This document shows positions 1 to 13,640 of a stretch of 64,000 nt of DNA, in pieces. The position numbers and the translations under genes were made by a program. Each line of letters starts with the position of its first letter. The first letter of the stretch is position 1. Origin of the DNA: Octopus vulgaris (Eukaryota); contig OX597818.1 in NCBI GenBank assembly GCA_951406725.2, positions 109,988,001-110,052,000 on the forward strand, read 5' to 3'. Under the pieces are notes generated by a model. The model saw only the letters and a program-made list of their open reading frames with translations, was not told the DNA's origin and did not search any database.

Positions 1-52
1 AACAGTAATAAACGAGTGAAGAACGAATATACAATGCGTGTGTTTATTTGGC

Positions 53-109
<57 letters not shown>

Positions 110-936
110 GAGACAGAGACAGACAGACAGACCATACCGAAATACAACAATAAATATTATCCCCATTTTCAAAAGTGATGATTTCTAGTTTCGTATAACT
201 TACATTAACATACCGATCGTCAAAATCTCAGATATTTTAGATTTTAGCCGTAAATCAATCCAGGAATTAAGAAATAATTGAATCAACCGGTTCCTGTTTT
301 TATGATGTGCAAAAAAATTAATTAATTTACATCAGCAGAAATTACTCAAAGGTGAGGACTTCCACTCCATGAAGGAGACAAAGTCTTTATGTTTCCGAAT
401 AACAATGAATCTCAGAAAAAAAAAACCCCTCCCCAACACACACACACACGTAAACAAATCCGAGCCGAGTTCTGTTGCTGACGATGAAGGAGATGAAGCT
501 TGTAAAAGAAAGAAAATAAAACGAAATAAAGCAAATTTATACAATTTCCTACAAGCAATACAAAATATATATGTCGGTCTGATAGGAGCCTTTTGATGGT
601 TACGGCTGTTTGTGTCAATTATTTTACTGCCATGCATAAATCAGAGCGTTAATTTAGATAAGTTAGAAAATAAAATGAAAAAATTTCTCCCAGATAACGA
701 AGGAAAAAATATGTGGCAGTGAAATCAATAATGTTATTCCAGTATATTCTAATCTACTTAAAAACTGGGCAACGTTGAAAGTTTCCTATTTAAAGAATTG
801 TTATTTTTTGCTGTCAAAATCCTACCATATGCCATATATCGTCCAATTAATGACGGAGGGATTTTCATCGACCGAATCTACGCTTCTTCTTTCTGTCGTT
901 ACTTTTTTAGGTATTTATCACTGCCCCCCCCCCACA

Positions 937-1006
<70 letters not shown>

Positions 1007-1140
1007 TTATAAATAAGGGCAAAAGAAAACAATTTCTATGCCAATATGCCGAGAATATTTATAAGTTGCTTATAATTTTCACCTTAAAAGGTATTTTTTA
1101 ATATGCTGGCTACTGATAAAATTTTTTGAAAACTTTATCC

Positions 1141-1358
<218 letters not shown>

Positions 1359-1364
1359 TAGCGG

Positions 1365-2107
1365 TTGCTTCATTCAGTCATTGGACTGCAGCCGTATGGG
1401 ACCATCACCTTGAAGAATAAATCGACCTTAGTATTTATTATTTTATGCCTGGTGCTTATTCTATCGGTTGATTTTGCCGAACTGCTATATTACAGGGACG
1501 TAAACACACCAACGCCGGTTGTCAAGCGGTTGGTGGGGACAAACACAGACACAAAGACTCTCACGCACACCTACACACACACGCGAGCGCGCATACATGG
1601 CGAGCTTCTCTCAGTTTCCGTCAGCGAAATCTACTTACAAGGCTTTGGTCGGTCCGAGGCTATAGTAGAAGACACTTGCCCAAGGTGCCACGCAGTGGGA
1701 CTGAACTTGGAACCATGTGGTTGGCTTTTAGTTCTATTATTTATCAAAAAAGCTATACACAGACACGCACACATATAATGGGCTTCTTTCAGTTTCCATC
1801 TACCAGAACCACTCACTAGGCTTTGCTCAGTCTGAGGTTATAGTAAAATACACTTGTCCAAGGTGCCACGCAGTGGGACTGAACTTGGAACCATGTGGTT
1901 GGCTTTTAGTTCTATTATTTATCAAGAAAACTATACACAGACACACAAACATATACTGGGCTTTTTTCAGTTTCCATACACCAGATCCACTCACTAGGAT
2001 TTGCTCAGTCTGAGGTTATAGTAGAAGACACTTGCCCAAGGTGCCACGCAGTGAGGCTGAACTCGGAACCATATGATTGGGAACCAAACTTCTTGCTGTA
2101 CAACCAC
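1365..2107 (-). mobile_element. tRNA-derived SINE family A with a tandemly triplicated 5' half
   Basis: Reverse complement of the full copy at 41428-41815. The head block gcttctttcagtttcc...ggaaccatgtggttgg recurs three times with a period of ~179 bp. Confidence 0.85.
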
Positions 2108-3386
2108 GTGTATGTATAAAACGAAAGAAGCATTTAATATTAATCCTAAGAAACGTCCAATGGTAGAAGACATGCTTTGATAAGAAAGCAAAAACTAAAA
2201 TTACAGATTTTCCAGTAAATCATGAATAGACGCAAAACTGAACAAAGAGAGATTTATAATCCAACTGAGCAGATTTTGTTCTTCAACAATAATCTATTAT
2301 TTTATATCATAGGCTGCCGTTGCTTAGTAAATTTGCGTTTCCTTCGCGCAACCACATTGCGAAAACCGTTCATAATACTTCACAAGTCGAGTGGTGAAAA
2401 TCCGAATAGCATTATCTCGGTCAATTTTTGTTGTCAATTCTTCAGATATTTAAGTTTACTGAAGTGTTGAATGAATCTCCGCTACGTTAGACAAACAATG
2501 AACCAAAGTGTATAAGCTTCAGCTGAGAATCGTGAGTGTTTCAGCTACGAGCTATACAGCAGCCTTACTTTCTTGAGTCCATACCTTCTCTTATTATATA
2601 TATACACATTTTCAACAAGGCGACCAATGGTTTCATGTTGAAGAGATCTCCTTAACTGTTGAAGCGAGCCCGCAGGAATGTTGGTACTGGTTTCCAGATT
2701 GGAGAAATAATGCAAAAACAGAACAGAAGAAGAGAGGATAAGTGATACCCCTTGGTTTGGTATTAGCCATGTATGATATGTCTTGGTCGTATATATATAT
2801 ATATCGCACTCTTGTTCAAAAGGTAACATAGCCACGCCGCCTGAACAAATTTGCGTTCATACAGGCAGTATCCGAAAATATCACTTTTCGAGTTCAGGAT
2901 AATATCTGGATCGTGTGAGTTCTTTCAGAATGATCCTCTCCTTCAGCAAGCACACTCTGCAACTCATACACCGATTAAGATACGACCTACATCTTTTTCA
3001 GAACTCCACAGTCTATTGTATACGACGATGCACCCAGTTTTAATCACCATATATAACTGACTAAAGATGAAACATTGCATCTTCTCTGCATCTTAGTATT
3101 TCCAATAACTGAAATTCGATAAATTTATACAAAATTCACACTTGAACACCATAAAACGATGCGGTTTTCAACACATCTCTAAAAGAAGATATTTTCCACA
3201 TACATACATATATACATACATACATGCACATATTTATACACATGCTTGCATACAAACATACATGCACATAAACACAAATATGTACATATAGATGTATGTA
3301 TATCTATATTCATATAGATATACATACATGTATGTATGTATGGATGGATGTATGTATGTATATATATATGTATATATGTATGGATG

Positions 3387-3431
<45 letters not shown>

Positions 3432-3435
<4 letters not shown>

Positions 3436-3584
3436 CTGTGTGGTAAGAAGCTTGCTTACCAACCACATGGTTCCGGGTTCAGTCCTACTGTGTGACACCT
3501 TGGGCAAGTGCCTTCTACTATAGCCTCGGACCGACCAAAGCCTTGTGAGTGGATTTGGTAGACGGAAACTGAAAGAAGCCTGTC

Positions 3585-3633
<49 letters not shown>

Positions 3634-3815
3634 GTATGTATGTATGTATATGTTTGTGTGTCTGTGTTTGTCCCTCCACCATCGCGTAAGAACTGATGTT
3701 GGTGTATTTACGTCCCTATAGCTTAGCGGTTCAGCAAAACAGACCGAAAGAATGAGTACTAGGCCAACAAAGAATACGTCCTGGGCCGATTTGTTCGACT
3801 GAAACAAATAAAAGA
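3432..3815 (+). mobile_element. SINE family A
   Basis: gtggctgtgtggtaag (A box) ... gggttcagtcc (B box); body shared with other copies; internal (TA)n. Confidence 0.9.
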
Positions 3816-3949
3816 ATAAAATAATATATATATATATATATATATATAACGGTCCCGGCACAGTTTCTATTCAGCAAATTTCATTCAGGTAAGCCTAATT
3901 CGGAATCTAATCTGAAGAATTAGCAGAAGAATTAACCACACGCATAGTA

Positions 3950-4025
<76 letters not shown>

Positions 4026-4587
4026 TGTGTGTATATGTATATATGCTTGTATGTGTACAGATAAATTTAGTACTAAATGAAATTGTAACATAATCTGATT
4101 TGCACGTTTTATTGTTGTATTTTCATGCAATTTTACAATGTTACATATTACAATAATGCTAGTACTTTCACGCTTCCCGCCATCTTCTGGTTTATGTAAT
4201 ATCACCATGAAGGGATTGTTGTGTTTTACAATTCAGAACTCTAGTGAAATGACTGGATTTATGCATTCAATACCTTCCAATAGGCTACACCAAGCTGAAT
4301 CTTGCGAATACTCTTTTAACGAGTCAGCGTGCGGTTCAGTCATTAGGGTTTGATGAACACGCCAACAGAACTGCCATTGACAGCGCTTATTCAGGGAAAT
4401 ATCTTCATCAATTAGAGAATTCAGCAAAGGATTCGAGTTACATTCAAATGTTGAAACACACCTGATGTTACAAAGAGTTGCTCTGCTTCAAATATTTAAA
4501 AATAAATTTGATATTACTGTTAAAATTCTTACAATTTTTAAAGGTAAATTAAATTATAGTCGATATTTATGTTCCTATCTTCATCGC

Positions 4588-4637
<50 letters not shown>

Positions 4638-4729
4638 CCATCACCATCACCATCACCATCATCATCATCATCATCATCATCTTCACCACCACCACCACCA
4701 CCACCACCACCACCACCACCACCACCACC

Positions 4730-4760
<31 letters not shown>

Positions 4761-4805
4761 ACATCACTATCATTATTATCATCATCATCAGCATCATCAG
4801 CATCC
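4588..4805. repeat. (CAT)n/(CAC)n trinucleotide tract
   Basis: Direct reading; source of the poly-His/Ser/Pro pseudo-ORFs. Confidence 0.95.
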
Positions 4806-4817
4806 TTATTATTATAG

Positions 4818-4890
4818 GACATGCCATCAAAGTGACACTGGAGTACAGATATACGAAGCCTAATACACCCATCATGACTACCCGTCATGA
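4818..4890 (-). mobile_element. 3' fragment of the ~550-bp (AAT)n-associated non-autonomous element
   Basis: catgccatcaaagtgacact...cccatcatgactacccgtc matches 15570-15640 and the reverse complement of 52910-52980. Confidence 0.75.
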
Positions 4891-5084
4891 ATAATAAAAT
4901 TGTGCTGTACAAATGTATAGAGTAACCCATGAAATTATTGTAAAATGATTTTTACTATAACTGAACATAAAAACAAACAATGTATACATACATACATACA
5001 TACATACATACATGCATGCATACATACATACATGCATGCATGCATGCATGCATACATACATACATACATACATACATACATACA

Positions 5085-5120
<36 letters not shown>

Positions 5121-5311
5121 TATGTATATGTATATATAATTTTCAAAAATTGCACAGAAGAACGACAAAGGAAGACATGGAAAACCCACTCACAAGACAT
5201 GGATGTGCTCTTCCCTCGTCAGTTAGTCAATAATTGTCCAAAATTATATATAATCACAAACACACACACACACACCCACACAAACTCAAACACACCGCAG
5301 ATACATACATA

Positions 5312-5446
5312 CATCTGTGTTCCTTTCTGTCGAAGAGCGTCGGCTCGAAACGTAAAATACTTTTTCACATCCCGAACGATAAACTACTACATCTGGTTGT
5401 TGTTTACACACCCGCCTTCGTCTTTTGTTTTTGTTTTTGTAAATTC

Positions 5447-5452
<6 letters not shown>
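5312..5452 (+). mobile_element. Short hammerhead-bearing PLE-like repeat (family H2)
   Basis: Homologous to the reverse complements of 27088-27297 and 54403-54552; ends in (TA)n. Confidence 0.75.
5324..5357 (+). ncRNA. Minimal type I hammerhead ribozyme, CUGUCGA core variant
   Basis: uuu-CUGUCGA-A-GAGC gucg GCUC-GAAA-CG-UA-aaa: 3-bp stem I, 4-bp stem II, palindromic ACGU stem III, GUA triplet. Confidence 0.65.
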
Positions 5453-5490
<38 letters not shown>

Positions 5491-6084
5491 CATGCGTGTC
5501 TATATATGTGTATTTATGTCAATATAACACATATGCATGTGAGTGCGTGCGTGTGATGTACGTGTGTATGTGTGTGTGTGTGTGTGTTTGTGTGCAAATA
5601 CACACGCATACAGATATTTACTCCATTCCTGAAAGCCAATATCTCAACAAGAAGCGGGAATTCTACAGTTTCATATCAACGACAACCAAAATAATTATTG
5701 ATGACATTGGAACATGCGAAGTTCAAAGTTTACAAAAAGCTGCCCTCCCGGCACAACTCGCCAATTCTCGGCTCCGAACCAATCTCTTTCCTCACCGTTA
5801 CCAACGTGACTCCATTACTTTCTGCTTTCCTCATTCTCGCTTTCTTGAGAACTATTTTTTATTTTCATTTCTCTTCTTTACACTTGTTTGTTTGTTTGTT
5901 TGTTTGTTTGTTTGTTTCTTTGTTTGTTTGTTTGTTTGTTTGTTTCTTTCTTTCTTTCTCTCCTTCCTCTCCCCCTTTTCCTTCCCTTATTCTTTGACCA
6001 TATTTTAGCATTTTTGTTCTCTTACGAAAACACTATTCTTCATTTAGATTTCCCCCTCCTTGTATCTCTTTTTCAACCCGTTCA

Positions 6085-6500
6085 CCCATCTATCCATCCA
6101 TCCATCAACCCGTCCGACCGTCTATCCATCCATCTATCCATCCATTCATTCACCCACGCATCTATTTATCCATTCATCCATCCATCCATCCATCACCCAT
6201 CCATCCATCCATCCATCCATCCATCCATCCATCCACCTAGCCAGCCAGCCATACAACCACCCACCCGCCCATCTATCCATCCATCCATACAACCCACCCA
6301 TCCATCCATACAACCCACCCAGCCATCCATCCATCCATCCAGCCACCCACCCATCCATCCACCCATCCATCCACCCATCCATCCATCCATCCATCCATCC
6401 ATCCACCCATCCAGCCATCCACCCATCCATCCACCCATCCATCCACCCACCTATCCATCCATCCAGTCAGCCATCCACCCGGCCACCCAACCAGCCAGTA
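6085..6500. repeat. Degenerate (CCAT)n tract
   Basis: Direct reading. Confidence 0.93.
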
Positions 6501-6763
6501 TATACGTACACGTATATGCGGATATGTTTGTAACCGTATATATGCATCTGATCTATCTTCCCCGCTCCCCGCCGTCCACATGTCTCTCGCTGTCTCACTC
6601 CACTGTTCACACTTACCGTTTCTCTTACACACATACACGTGTGCACACGCAAACACTAACGCACGCATACACACACATTCTAACACGTATAAACATATAA
6701 GGGGGATGAGCTTAAGAATGGGACGGGTCGCAGGGAGGAAGTCCAAATCCTGGATTGCTAGTT

Positions 6764-6897
6764 TGTTACATGCGCGCCGAAGTGCGACTCATGGGTCGGG
6801 TTATTATATATAGACGAAAGCGCGACCAGACGGTTAAGAAGTTCTCCCTAAAATCCTTCGTTTCCTGGTTCGAATAAACTTCTCGGTGTCTTGCACA
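6764..6897 (+). mobile_element. Possible short solo LTR
   Basis: Starts tgttaca and ends ttgcaca (TG...CA), with an internal tatatata and aataaa; CpG-rich relative to the flanks. No TSD confirmed. Confidence 0.25.
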
Positions 6898-7001
6898 TCT
6901 ACCACCAACGTTAACCTCAGGTTAATAAACACTTTGGAAATGGCATTTGGCACAAAGAGACTATGAATATGAATTTTCGGTTGAGAAGCTGATGTTGGTA
7001 T

Positions 7002-7046
7002 CCATACGCGACTCACCATACGCGACTCGCCATACGCGACTCGCCA
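7002..7046. repeat. 14-bp tandem repeat x3 (ccatacgcgactcR)
   Basis: Direct reading. Confidence 0.9.
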
Positions 7047-7520
7047 ATTTAGCTGCTTGACAAATAGAATAAAATTATTACTGCAATTAAACACTGCAGT
7101 CGATATGATTGGCTAAAACACGTACCAACCACACTACAGTTCAGTTATGGAGACATGGAAAATGCCTGCATGCAAACGTAGATTAGATAAACAGATAAAT
7201 AGACAGCTAGATAAATAGAGACAGAGCGATAAATAGACAGATAGATAAATAAATAAATAGATAGATAGATAAATAAATATATAGATAGATAAATAGATAG
7301 ATAAACAGACAGATTAATAAGTAGATAAATAGATAGATAGATAATTAGATAGATAAATATGTAGATAGATAGATAAATAGATTGATAGAGGTAAACTTTA
7401 GACCCCATTTGTGTTCTCTCTCTCTCTCTCTCACACACACACACTCTTTCTCTCTTTCACATACACACACACAATCTTTCTCTTTCACACACACACACAC
7501 TCACACACACTCACTCTCTG

Positions 7521-7555
<35 letters not shown>

Positions 7556-8065
7556 CTGGATTATGAATATTTAACCGAGTGAATGTCCAATACAGTAACA
7601 ATGAATTTGGAGATTAATACAAACGGCGTATTCTTTTTTTCTATTTTTTCTCCTGTCAATTGCAACAGATTTGATTTAAATTTGTCTGACGCCCGTTTCT
7701 GCTGCAAAGACATCCATCAACTTCACTTGCACCCAGTTACTTGCAGCTAATCATTTGTCTATGTACCTTTGTTCAAAGTCCACCCATTGACCTGGACTGA
7801 AGCGTGCTAAGTATATGGAGTTGTGGCTAGAGATATATTTGGTTGTTCAGTACAGTTTTGGAGTGGAAAGACTGTGAGGGGAAGGTTTCGTAATCTAATA
7901 TGCTTATAAAGATTGCTATGGATGACCCTCAGCTGACCTAAGGCTTGAATTTCCAGGTGAGATTAGTTGGACTCTGATTATTTCAGATTGTATTAAAAAA
8001 GCCCTAATATTAAGTAGAATAGGAATTGGTGAATTTAGATATTTACTATTTTAAAAAATTCTTTT

Positions 8066-8441
8066 TTTTACTTGTTTCAGTCATTTGACTTCGACCATGC
8101 TGGAGCACCGCCTTTAGTCTAGGAAATCGACACCAGGACTTATTCTTTGTAAGCTTAGTACTTATTCTGTCAGATCTCTTTTGCTGAACCGCTAGGTTAC
8201 GGGGACGTAAACACCAGCATCGGTTGTCAAGCGTTGTTGGGTGGGTGGGATAAACACACACACAAATATATATGTATGTACATATATACGACTGGCTTCT
8301 ATCAATTTCCGTCTACCAAATCCACTCACAAGGTTTTGGTCGGCCCGAGGCTATAGCAGAAGACCCTTGCCCAAGGTGCAACACAAAGGGACTGAACCCG
8401 GAACCATGTGGTTGATAAGCAAGTTACTTACCACACAGCCA
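8066..8441 (-). mobile_element. SINE family A, near full length
   Basis: Reverse complement of 41428-41815. Confidence 0.9.
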
Positions 8442-9063
8442 TAGTTATGACTGAAACAAGTAAAAAATAAAAAATAAACCTATATCGAAGTTAATTATTT
8501 AATTAACATCCTGTATTAACTTTCTGAAAGTCTCGGCTCTCTATTTCCGCGACACTCAGAAGAGACACAACGTTCGAAAGAATTTCTTAAATCTTCCTCT
8601 CTTCATTGAGTCATAGATACATCAGAAATCTTACGGATAAATATACATTGCTCGTAGCAAATTAATTCCACTGTGGATTTACAACGCGAATTTTTAATCC
8701 TATCAAGAGAATTAGGCTTAATCTAAGCGATTTACGCCGAACGAGTAGCGACGAACGGAAATTGGTTCCGATAAACAATAAATAATGAACTTTGGCAATC
8801 TTTAGTAAAAATGAGCCACTTTATATCCAAAGACATGTACACTATCACTCATAAATCATTCTTTAAGATAACTAGTAAATAGCTACTGTAATACCAAAGA
8901 ATATAACTGGTACTGACGCACGTGCCCACATCACCTCTACGTAGTTACTGCACAGACTGCTAGAATATTCTTTCTCACGTCGAGTTTTTCTAAATACAAG
9001 TCTCTCTCGAATCGGCCTCTATATATGGTCTAGAATATTTAATACTTGGTTAATAGTGGCATT

Positions 9064-9593
9064 GAAGGCGCGTGGCTTAGTGGTTAGGGCATTCGACTCA
9101 CGATCGGAAGGTCGTGAAAGGCGGCGAGCTGGCAGAAACGTTAGCACACCGGGCGAAATGCTTAGCGGTATTTCGTCTGCCGCTACGTTCTGGGTTCAAA
9201 ATCCGCCGAGGTCGACTTCGCCTTTCATCCTTTCGGAGTCAATAAATTAAGTACCAGTTGCATACTGGGGTCGAACTGATCGAATGGCTTCTCCCCCAAA
9301 ATTTCGAGTCTTGTGCCTAGAGTCGAAAAGGATGGTAAGGTCGTGAGTTCAGTTCCCAGTGACACGTTGTGTCCTTGAGCAAGACACTTTATTTCACAGT
9401 GCTTCCATCCCCTCAGCTGGCAAAAATGAGTTGTACCTGCAATTAAAAGGGCCAGCCTTGTCAGATTCTGTGGCACACTGAATCTCCCTGAGAACTACAT
9501 AAGGGGTACACGTGTCTGTGGAGTGCTCAGCCACTTGCACGTTAATTTCACGAGCAAGTTGTTCCGTTGATCGTCGTAACCGACGGAGTGCTC
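9064..9593 (+). mobile_element. tRNA-derived SINE family C, interrupted by a family B insertion
   Basis: Head gaaggcgcgtggcttagtggttaggg; body matches 51070-51566 and 56386-56712. Confidence 0.88.
9118..9330 (+). mobile_element. SINE family B nested in family C
   Basis: aaggcggcgagctggcagaaacg...gtgcctagagtcgaaaag, near-identical to 45806-46020; flanked by a ~16-bp TSD. Confidence 0.9.
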
Positions 9594-9827
9594 CTTAATA
9601 GTTGCATTAGGGGCTCATATCTGTACTGCTAATGTTAATAAAGTTGATTATATTAACATAAACCACATGTTACAGAGTCGATGGTATCCAGCGATCATTG
9701 GCGTCTAGACAGAGATGGAAAATGATCCCTAGCAGACACCTCATAATGAATATCTTTCGGAGTATCAGAGATAGAAGCAGTTTAAAAAATTCTAATAATG
9801 ATATGTGGATCAGAGTACAATTACTCT

Positions 9828-10185
9828 GCCACAAGGCCGGAAATTTCGACCTTAGTGTTTCAATGGTACTTATTTTATCGACCTCGAAAGGATGAATGGC
9901 ACAGTCGACCTAGGAGGAAATTTGAACGTAGAACGTAAACGGATGAAATACCTATTTCTTTGCTACCCATAAGGGGCTAAACACAGAGAGGACAAACAAG
10001 GACAGACAAACGGATTAAGTCGATTACATCGACCCCAGTGCGTAACTGGTGCTTAATTTATCGAGACCGAAAGGATGAAAGGCAAAGTCGACCTCGGCGG
10101 AATTTGGACATAGAACGTAACGGCAGACGAAATACGGCTACGCATTTCGCCCGGTGTGCTAACGATTCTGCCAGCTCGCCGCCTT
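9828..10185 (-). mobile_element. SINE family B (composite of two partial copies)
   Basis: Reverse complement of family B; shares the tacctatttctttactacccacaagggg variant segment with 47365-47596. Confidence 0.85.
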
Positions 10186-10984
10186 TACTGCACATATCAT
10201 TGATAGCTGTAACAAGTCAAGATTTGTCTGGTGCATAAAAACCAAACAGTAAAGTCAATGTTAAGATATTTCATGCGGTGAATCAGGAAGTTTTAATAAA
10301 AATGATGCCTTTCGTGGAGAGAAATAATTATCAACTTTAGGCAAAAAAAAAGGAAGAGAGCGTAACAACCCTGAAATATAAATTTAACCCTACCATTTTC
10401 GATCCACTACGGAAAGAAACCCCAGCAGTAATACTGGGATTATAGTCTACCTACTTATCCACTCTCGGGTTACTTGAGGGCTGGACCTGGTGTCTCATGA
10501 TTAATCATGGCCATCGATACCTTGACGGAGGTTGATCTCAGTACTCAAAGAGCCAGACGTGATACCGCAAGACAATTCGTCCGATGTTCAAACGATTCAG
10601 CCGATCCATTAGCCTGAAATGATTCATTATTTATCGACACTGGAAGGTTTAAATACAAGACTGATTTAAACGGGATTTGAATTCACATGTTCGAGAGTCA
10701 GGACAAATACTTCAATGCATTCTAACCGACACTCTAACGACTCTGTTGGTTCATCACCGAAAAATATAAATTAATGGACATTAATTAAACAATCAGAATG
10801 CCGATAATATAACACGGAGCGAGTCTGATCTTTGTATTAAATGACCTAGTCCAGTGATGTTTCCGTCCTATTACGTCCTCCTCATGATGTCTAATATTTA
10901 CTTCGAAACAAAGACCACAATAAAGATGTAGAAACTTTTTTATGCATATACATAAAGTGGATAACTTGAAATGCTCGCTTTATC

Positions 10985-11280
10985 CCATAATTCACAGCGA
11001 TTACGCCTCCTCCCTCTACTTCCTGGTCTCTTCAATTTTCCATTCCTCCGAATCATTACTGGAAGGCAACCTTATTCTGTCGAAGGCTTTATAAAACGTC
11101 GGTTTCTCTTGCAATTTCCACGGTGACTGCTCTTCTACATTTACACTGGTTACACCATGCTCTTGATGATGGCAATCGATGTGTTCTGACTCCCCAAAGA
11201 AATATTGCCATGCTCCTGATTTCCTGCTTAAATCTCACTTGAATCAACATACACATCTCTTGAGAAGTGTCCTTATAGTG
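10985..11280 (-). mobile_element. Decayed RTE-like LINE 3' remnant
   Basis: Minus strand reads GKIEETRK/RGRRRNR across a frameshift, resembling the RTE ORF-end motif GKIEG.R.RGR.R..W. Confidence 0.4.
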
Positions 11281-12564
11281 TAAAAAAAACAATGCATCCA
11301 GTCTCCACTGAAGATTAATATCTGATGAGAATCAAAAACTGAGTCGTAAATATTTATTCAATGGTAAACACGACATCTGATAAATGCATGCATTACTAAC
11401 TCTTAGAAACGTCTTGAAGCCATCATTATATTTCAAATCTTTACATCGTGTATACATATACAAACATGCGAACAAAAATATACACATGTATAACTATGTG
11501 TATGTATTCAAAACAGAGATAATAAAGCAGAAAATTTGCTATCAGGCCCTACGGTGGTTACAAATGAAATTTTAAACCGTTCAAGCTGTCTTGTTAATTA
11601 TTTTTCATCTCATTTCACTGCGAGATTAAAAGTTGAAATTATACAAACAATAGAAGCAAATTAATTTAATATTTCGCCCAAGTTGTTTGTCTTTCAAATC
11701 AAGTAGTTTTGTTTGTCTTTCAAATCAAGTGCTATCGATTCAGTACTTGAATTACAAGCAGTGAAGTAGATGTACCAATTTTTGTAAAAAACCGTAATAC
11801 AGAACTTGAACTGTTTCGCCCGGAGAAGTTTGTCAATGGTGGAAAATTTAAATTACAAATAAAATCAAAACAGATTTTTAACCGAAAGAAAATATTGTTC
11901 GTTAATAAAAAAATAAATATCCACGCTTTGAGTTGAAATACGATCTTATAATTTCCTACAAAAGACTAAAAATAAATTTTAATCTGTAGTTGTCAGGTTG
12001 TGGTTGAAATTGTTTTTTTCCGCATTTATTTCTGAATTGAGAAACCGAGAACAAAATTGTGAAAATGTGAACTTGATGTAGGAAATAGGAAGGATATATT
12101 ATATGTGTCTCTTTTTTTTTATTTGAAATAAATTTAAAAGAAAAGGAAAAAGGAAGAAGACGGGAATGTTTATTTGAAGTAAAACTGATTGATTATGTCA
12201 GATGTATTACAGTAACAAACAGATATCCATGAATGTTACGGGAATATAATATCCTAGATAATAAAAATGATGTCTGCACGAAGTACATGGGTCATAAAGC
12301 TAGTTTGTAGAAGCGAGTATATTTTATATCGACCCTTCTAGCCCGTAAACAGAAGAAAAACTCAATTGATTGTGCATCTGGATAGAGAATTGGTCGTTTG
12401 GTTTGGCAATATTAGGCGGTATACTAGCATCGTCATCACACGGGAGACAATGGATGCTACACAGACTTCGAATGTTGAGTCTGTCTAACGTCATTCTCAA
12501 CGAGAACAACCTCGTTCGATGAAAATGAAGTCGTTTAAGAATTGAATCGTTCTTTTATCTAGTA

Positions 12565-12957
12565 CTAGCAGTATCGCTCGGCGTTGCTCGGGTTTGTTTC
12601 GACCCTTTAGAATTGGAATTTTTGAAAAGTAAAAATTTTGCATTATGTAGCTTGTTATTCTCTTTAAGTGAACATTTTTCTGGTTGAAATACACCGAAAA
12701 ATGGCGACACAGCAGTCAAAAAATCGTAAAAAATAGGGATTTTCATAGAAAAAAAGAACCTTTTTTATGTAAATAATTTTTGGTGTTAACATGGTTCGAT
12801 TTGAATTTTATCTTCTACGAAAGGAAGAGCAAGCCTTCTTCTATCTTACTCTCAATTTTGGTCAACTTGCGCCGCAGGGTGAGGAGGAGATAGTGTTAGT
12901 TGAAGGCTACCAAACCTGCCATACACAGAAAACTTCAGCTTTATATATATAGAGAGA
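12565..12957 (-). mobile_element. Non-autonomous Helitron
   Basis: Minus strand has a 5' TCTCTCTATATATATAAA start, a 3' GC hairpin (cccgagcaacgccgag) followed by CTAG, and an A|T insertion site. Confidence 0.8.
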
Positions 12958-12959
12958 TT

Positions 12960-13325
12960 TATTTCAGTCATTAGGTTGTGGTCATACTAGAGCATCGTCT
13001 TGAAGTATTTTTAGTCGAATGAATCGGACCCTAGTACTTATTTTTTTCAAAGCCTGCTACCTATGTCATTGCTTTCTTTTGTTCAACCGCTAAGTTACAG
13101 GGACGTAAATAAACCAAGTACGGCCGTCAAACGGTAGTGGGGGACAAATATAAGCACACTTATAATGACGGGCTTCTTTCAATTTCCATCTAACAAATTC
13201 ACTCACAAGGCTTTGGTCGATTCGAGGCTGTAGTACAAAACACTTGCCCAAGCTGCCATGCAGTGGGACTGAACCCATATGGCTGGGAAGCCAGCTTCTT
13301 ACCACACAGCCACGTCAGCGCCTAT
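12960..13325 (-). mobile_element. SINE family A
   Basis: Homology to the other copies. Confidence 0.85.
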
Positions 13326-13349
13326 ATTAGGAATATTCTTTTCGTAAAG

Positions 13350-13640
13350 TAATGAGAGGGGGACAGGAAGTGCTCTTCATTGATATTAATGTGGTTGATA
13401 TTCGTAGGACAAGGAAGAGCATGAGTCGTGGCAGAATTCCAGAAGATTGCATTTATAGAGAAAAACTGGCGGAAATGTTTAGAGCAGGCTCTAAAGACAG
13501 AGGAAAATGTATAAGAGACGGTTGAGTCCGGTGGGCCCCCTGGACGTAAGTGGCGAGTGTATACAGCTAATTCTGAGGAACAGAGATATGTGTGGAACTT
13601 CCTATGAGTAGAGAATAACTCTTCCGTTAGGTTTTCGGTC
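13350..13640 (-). mobile_element. Decayed CR1/L2-group LINE 3' remnant
   Basis: Minus-strand pieces CSSELA...FFS...FWN resemble the CR1-group ORF2 C-terminus. Confidence 0.35.

Noticed and set aside
450-500. Possible minus-strand micro-exon (ASSPSSSATELGSDLF)
   Set aside because: The AAG acceptor is weak, the donor lies inside a GT repeat, and no partner exons were found.
4465-6746. Long ORFs (poly-His, 342 aa, 270 aa) and the many similar YI/HT/CV/LSIY-repeat ORFs across the window
   Set aside because: They are stop-free microsatellite read-throughs with no domain content.
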